A stretch of DNA of 64,000 nucleotides, taken from positions 1 through 64,000 of the IMG/VR virus record IMGVR_UViG_3300008108_007099, one strand, 5' to 3'. The notes under the pieces are model-generated. The model was not told the origin of the DNA and made no database searches. It was given only the letters and a program-made list of their open reading frames with translations. Shown here in pieces: positions 60,436 through 64,000 of this stretch. The DNA comes from a virus. A program made the position numbers and the translations under genes. Position 1 is the first letter of the stretch, and each line of letters opens with the position of its first letter.

Positions 60436-61222
60436 ATTTAAATAGCTTCAATTTCAACTTTACATAATTTTCAACTTTCATGCTAAGCTTGTTAACTAAT
60501 AATTTTAATTGCACCAGCCCATATAATTGTACATACTTTGATAATTTTTTATATAGATTGTCGAAATAATTATGTTGATTGTCTTTGTAACCTCTGGCTA
60601 TTATGCTTCTCCTGTTGGCAAATGTTGCAGCTTGCCATCTTCTATTGTTCTTTAATTCTGTACTCATTTCCTCTATAGTAATTTTTTCATTTAACACAGG
60701 AAATACTTGGCATATCTTATCGCCTTTCTTGAACCGTAGTGCCTGTCCTTCTCTGGGACTATTAAATACTATGAAGAATAAACTGCTCCACCAACTTGTT
60801 TCAAGGTGACCTGAAATTACGCATGCAACATTATCTTCTGAGTAGAATCTAGGATGATTTTCTATTCTCAAAACGTATTTTTCATCGACCATAATATCCA
60901 AGCATGTATTCATGCTAAAGTGTTTTTCTCCTAAACAACCAACTGGTATACCTATTTTTTGAACTATTTCTGTGTCTTTCTTCCAATTATCTTCTGCAAT
61001 TATTTGTATTTTACCATTCGTTTTACTGACGGTTATTTCTGTATTGAATGGATAACATATTTCTATCCCATAAGTATTTGCATCAACGAATGGTTTGCAC
61101 ATGTAAGGTTGTATTTTTTGTTCTTTTCTGTGCTCGGTAGGCGCGCCAGACCAGCCTTCTAATTCCAAATGTATTGGTTTTGGAGCAAATTCATTGTTTA
61201 AATGTCTGTATTTCAAATGCAT
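60434..61222 (-). CDS. DUF6065-like hypothetical protein
   Basis: C.PF.DAN.YG...SG.LET.WW...FKKGD.ICQVFPV; start set at 61222 on the basis of a GGAG SD. Confidence 0.55.
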   Translation of the reverse strand: MHLKYRHLNNEFAPKPIHLELEGWSGAPTEHRKEQKIQPYMCKPFVDANTYGIEICYPFNTEITVSKTNGKIQIIAEDNWKKDTEIVQKIGIPVGCLGEKHFSMNTCLDIMVDEKYVLRIENHPRFYSEDNVACVISGHLETSWWSSLFFIVFNSPREGQALRFKKGDKICQVFPVLNEKITIEEMSTELKNNRRWQAATFANRRSIIARGYKDNQHNYFDNLYKKLSKYVQLYGLVQLKLLVNKLSMKVENYVKLKLKLFK

Positions 61223-61255
61223 TTTTAACTCCAAGTACATAACTATTTTAGTACT

Positions 61256-62254
61256 ATGCAACCTATAGGCCCAAATCCAAATTCGTATGGCAAGTCTCTT
61301 AATGACTGCCAAGACCAATCACCGATGTGGAGGTCGGAAAACATTGATCCACCACCGGGATTTTGCGACCAGCCACCGGATAATCAGAACAATCAAGCAA
61401 ACAAAATACCAGCACCTTCTGACTGGTTTGATGACTTTCTAGACAAGAAATATATGCTGGGATCACAAAACAATGCTGATCCTATGCAAACCGGACAAAT
61501 TGTAAACAATCTTAATCCTCCAAACAGGAATGTCGTTTATCGATATGCAAGGTCGCTAAGGTCTTGTGACGAAGCTGTAATGGATTTGTTTAGAAATTTA
61601 GTTGTAATTGATGACGATGGGAAGAGCCATCAAGTACCTATCATATGGGCAACACAAGAACGCGCAGTTGCCGCCGTAGTTCAACAAAACGTTAGAAAAG
61701 ATCTTACCTTGGTTGTTGACAGAATCAGGCTCCCCATGTTGGCCATCAGTTCTACGGAATATGCAATTGATCCATCTCGATACACATATCACAAGGCAAT
61801 AAATTTCTTGAGTGATAACAAAGGATTGCCAACATTTGTGGAATCTGAAAGGTTTGAAAGAGATACGGTATTTGGGTTAGCAAGAGGCATTCCAATTAAT
61901 ATTGGCTACACAATGTACGCATGGACTCTTCAACTTGAGGACATGAACCAAATACTAGAACAAATCCTAACTAAATTCTCTCCTGTTGCATATATAAAAG
62001 TCAGAGGAGTACTCTGGGAAGTCTGCGTCAAATTAGATTCGATAGCAAACAATTTGGAAACAGAGCCCGGGGATGCTGCTTTAAGAGTAATTAAGTTTCA
62101 ATTTGGTATCACTGCCGAAACTTACGTTAATCAGCCGATTACACGAAACAAGGCAGTCCTTAATACTAAAGTTGATTTTGTTAATTCTCTTAATGAAGCG
62201 GAAATCTCAGAGGTAATTAAACGTCTGGAAGAATCGGTAGAAGGGGTACAATGA
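61256..62254 (+). CDS. gp15: Tail terminator / tail completion protein (T4 gp15-like)
   Basis: LF.NL.V...VPI.WA..E...LPM.A.....D..R...P.NI.Y....W....EDMNQILEQIL..F.P; lies upstream of the sheath gene. Confidence 0.8.
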   Translation: MQPIGPNPNSYGKSLNDCQDQSPMWRSENIDPPPGFCDQPPDNQNNQANKIPAPSDWFDDFLDKKYMLGSQNNADPMQTGQIVNNLNPPNRNVVYRYARSLRSCDEAVMDLFRNLVVIDDDGKSHQVPIIWATQERAVAAVVQQNVRKDLTLVVDRIRLPMLAISSTEYAIDPSRYTYHKAINFLSDNKGLPTFVESERFERDTVFGLARGIPINIGYTMYAWTLQLEDMNQILEQILTKFSPVAYIKVRGVLWEVCVKLDSIANNLETEPGDAALRVIKFQFGITAETYVNQPITRNKAVLNTKVDFVNSLNEAEISEVIKRLEESVEGVQ

Positions 62255-62454
62255 TTGAAATAACCAATATGCAGAAATCGCCAATACAATTGATTATCAA
62301 ATCAAAGCGCGCTTTGCATTCATATGATGTGATAGATATTCCCGGCGTTGGGAACGGACAAAATAAAATATTGATAGAAGAACATCTGCATACACCATAT
62401 ATAGATAGGGCAGAGAAGTCTGGTTATATCAAACAGAGAATTTTGAAAGATTAA
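62251..62454 (+). CDS. Hypothetical protein (67 aa)
   Basis: ATGA overlap with the gp15-like stop. Confidence 0.6.
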   Translation: MIEITNMQKSPIQLIIKSKRALHSYDVIDIPGVGNGQNKILIEEHLHTPYIDRAEKSGYIKQRILKD

Positions 62455-62470
62455 GACATAGGAGTAAATT

Positions 62471-64000
62471 ATGGCACTATTACAAAGTTTTCCGCCTTCA
62501 AACACAATAAGTCCTTCGGTCAGATTCACCGAACAAGACTTAACTTTGCTTACAACGACTCCAGCAACCAATGCTATTGGTTTGGTTGGATTTGCTAGTA
62601 AGGGCCCCATCAATACCCCTACTTTAGTAACGTCAACTTATGAATTACATACTCTGTTTGGCTACCCGCATCCTTCCCAAGGATACGCGCCATACTTGAT
62701 GTATGCTGCACAAAATGCTTTGGCTTTCACAAATGCAGTTTGGATTGTGCGTGTAGCAGATACTGATCCCAACTCTTTGTATTACGCAACCACAGCTAGC
62801 AAACAAGTACCTGCTGCAGGCGGTTTGCTTAAAGTCCATGGAGCATTGTTTGACGTAGGCGACACCATTTCTTATCCCGGCGTTGCAGACTATACATATA
62901 GCTTCCGTTGGGCTCTTAACGGAGTACTAAGCAGTAAGGTTGTTAAGTTGCGTACTGATGCTGGAAGACCAGCTCCGTTTACTGGTGTTCCTTACACTGT
63001 ACCGGAAATTGTTGATGAGCTAAATCTAAGTCTAAATCCAACGATTGATGGTGTCGAGTTCTTCTTGTATACTGACTCAAGCACAGGTCAGGAAGCAGTT
63101 GGGTTCCAGACAGTTTGGGCCTATGGCGACCAGTCCAGCTTAGAGCTAATCAGCGTACTTGACAATCTTGTTGGATCTACGCCTGCCACTACAGGAACTG
63201 CTCCTAATTACACTAACGTTAATAACGCTATCGGTTTAGGCAATGATATGACTGTTCCTGTTAAAACAGGCACTGCAACTCACTATCCTGCTTCCGCTTC
63301 AGTCGTTACACCCGGAATTTGGGACTTCCCAGTCGGCACTTACAACTTACAGGTAGTAACTGATGGATCTGGGCTTGTTAGCGTTGACAACGTTATTAGA
63401 ACTTATGATTTCTCTACATTATTAAGTGGAGCTTCCTATCCTACTACAGCACTTTTGGTTGCTGATTTGAATACAGCTATCACAACTATCGACCCAACTG
63501 TTGCAGGTGTTCCTCTTGAAGGAGTGCCAGTTTGCTTCCAGTTTGCAGCTAGTTCTGATGCTGTCCAAGTCACAACCAACACCGCTCTAACGGATGGTCA
63601 GGGATTGCTATGTGGTAGAAATGCCAAGATTAATGTTCGCGGCGGTACTCTCGCTGCAATATTCGGATTTAATGCTGCTGGCGTAACTGGACTAACACCT
63701 GACGGTGTAGCTGACAACGAGGACAGCGATGCTAATGACGGTATGTGGATTGGAACTAACAGCATTCCTGTTACCGATCCAACTTATTACACATTCGAGC
63801 TATTTGCTGACAGCCCGGGCATAGAAGGCAATCAGACCTTTGTTACCTTCAAGAAATATCCTGAAGGCAATACATTCAGCATGGATGTGTTCCTTCTAAA
63901 TCCCGTAACAAATGCAACTCTTCAGGTTGAAGGATGGGGTAATCTTTCTAAGGACCCAGACTCTGCTTTCTATATCCAAACTTACATTAATAGTTTTAGC
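62471..64000 (+). CDS. gp18: Tail sheath protein (T4 gp18-like), 3'-truncated; missing from the ORF track
   Basis: AGGAG SD; MALLQSFPPSNTISPSVRFTEQDLT...GLVGFASKGPINTPTLV...LFG.P...WIVRVA; later ADSPGIEGN; appears open to the window end. Confidence 0.9.
   Translation, partial: MALLQSFPPSNTISPSVRFTEQDLTLLTTTPATNAIGLVGFASKGPINTPTLVTSTYELHTLFGYPHPSQGYAPYLMYAAQNALAFTNAVWIVRVADTDPNSLYYATTASKQVPAAGGLLKVHGALFDVGDTISYPGVADYTYSFRWALNGVLSSKVVKLRTDAGRPAPFTGVPYTVPEIVDELNLSLNPTIDGVEFFLYTDSSTGQEAVGFQTVWAYGDQSSLELISVLDNLVGSTPATTGTAPNYTNVNNAIGLGNDMTVPVKTGTATHYPASASVVTPGIWDFPVGTYNLQVVTDGSGLVSVDNVIRTYDFSTLLSGASYPTTALLVADLNTAITTIDPTVAGVPLEGVPVCFQFAASSDAVQVTTNTALTDGQGLLCGRNAKINVRGGTLAAIFGFNAAGVTGLTPDGVADNEDSDANDGMWIGTNSIPVTDPTYYTFELFADSPGIEGNQTFVTFKKYPEGNTFSMDVFLLNPVTNATLQVEGWGNLSKDPDSAFYIQTYINSFS

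Overview
A 64-kb segment of a large T4-like (jumbo myo-) phage genome, from the virion structural region. The right end has recognisable morphogenesis genes: gp13-like neck (inverted), gp14-like head closure, gp15-like tail terminator and the 5' part of a gp18-like tail sheath. These are interspersed with large hypothetical, possibly internal head proteins. The left ~51 kb has two Ser/Thr/Pro (mucin-like) linker proteins with RCC1 propellers; one is a 3742-aa giant with LamG domains and an apparent frameshift. They flank ~25 kb of six genes whose products are saturated with Ser-Gly dipeptides, mostly fibre-like IASG repeats. Two opposite-strand enzyme cassettes sit beside them: GT2-GT4-GT4-triple methyltransferase, and methyltransferase-2x TPR/GT-sulfotransferase-2x GT25. 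The main hypothesis (inference) is a phage-encoded system that coats virion fibres with methylated/sulfated glycans on Ser-Gly and S/T-P sites. No tRNA, rRNA, CRISPR or mobile element was seen. All family assignments come from motif recognition by eye, not database searches.
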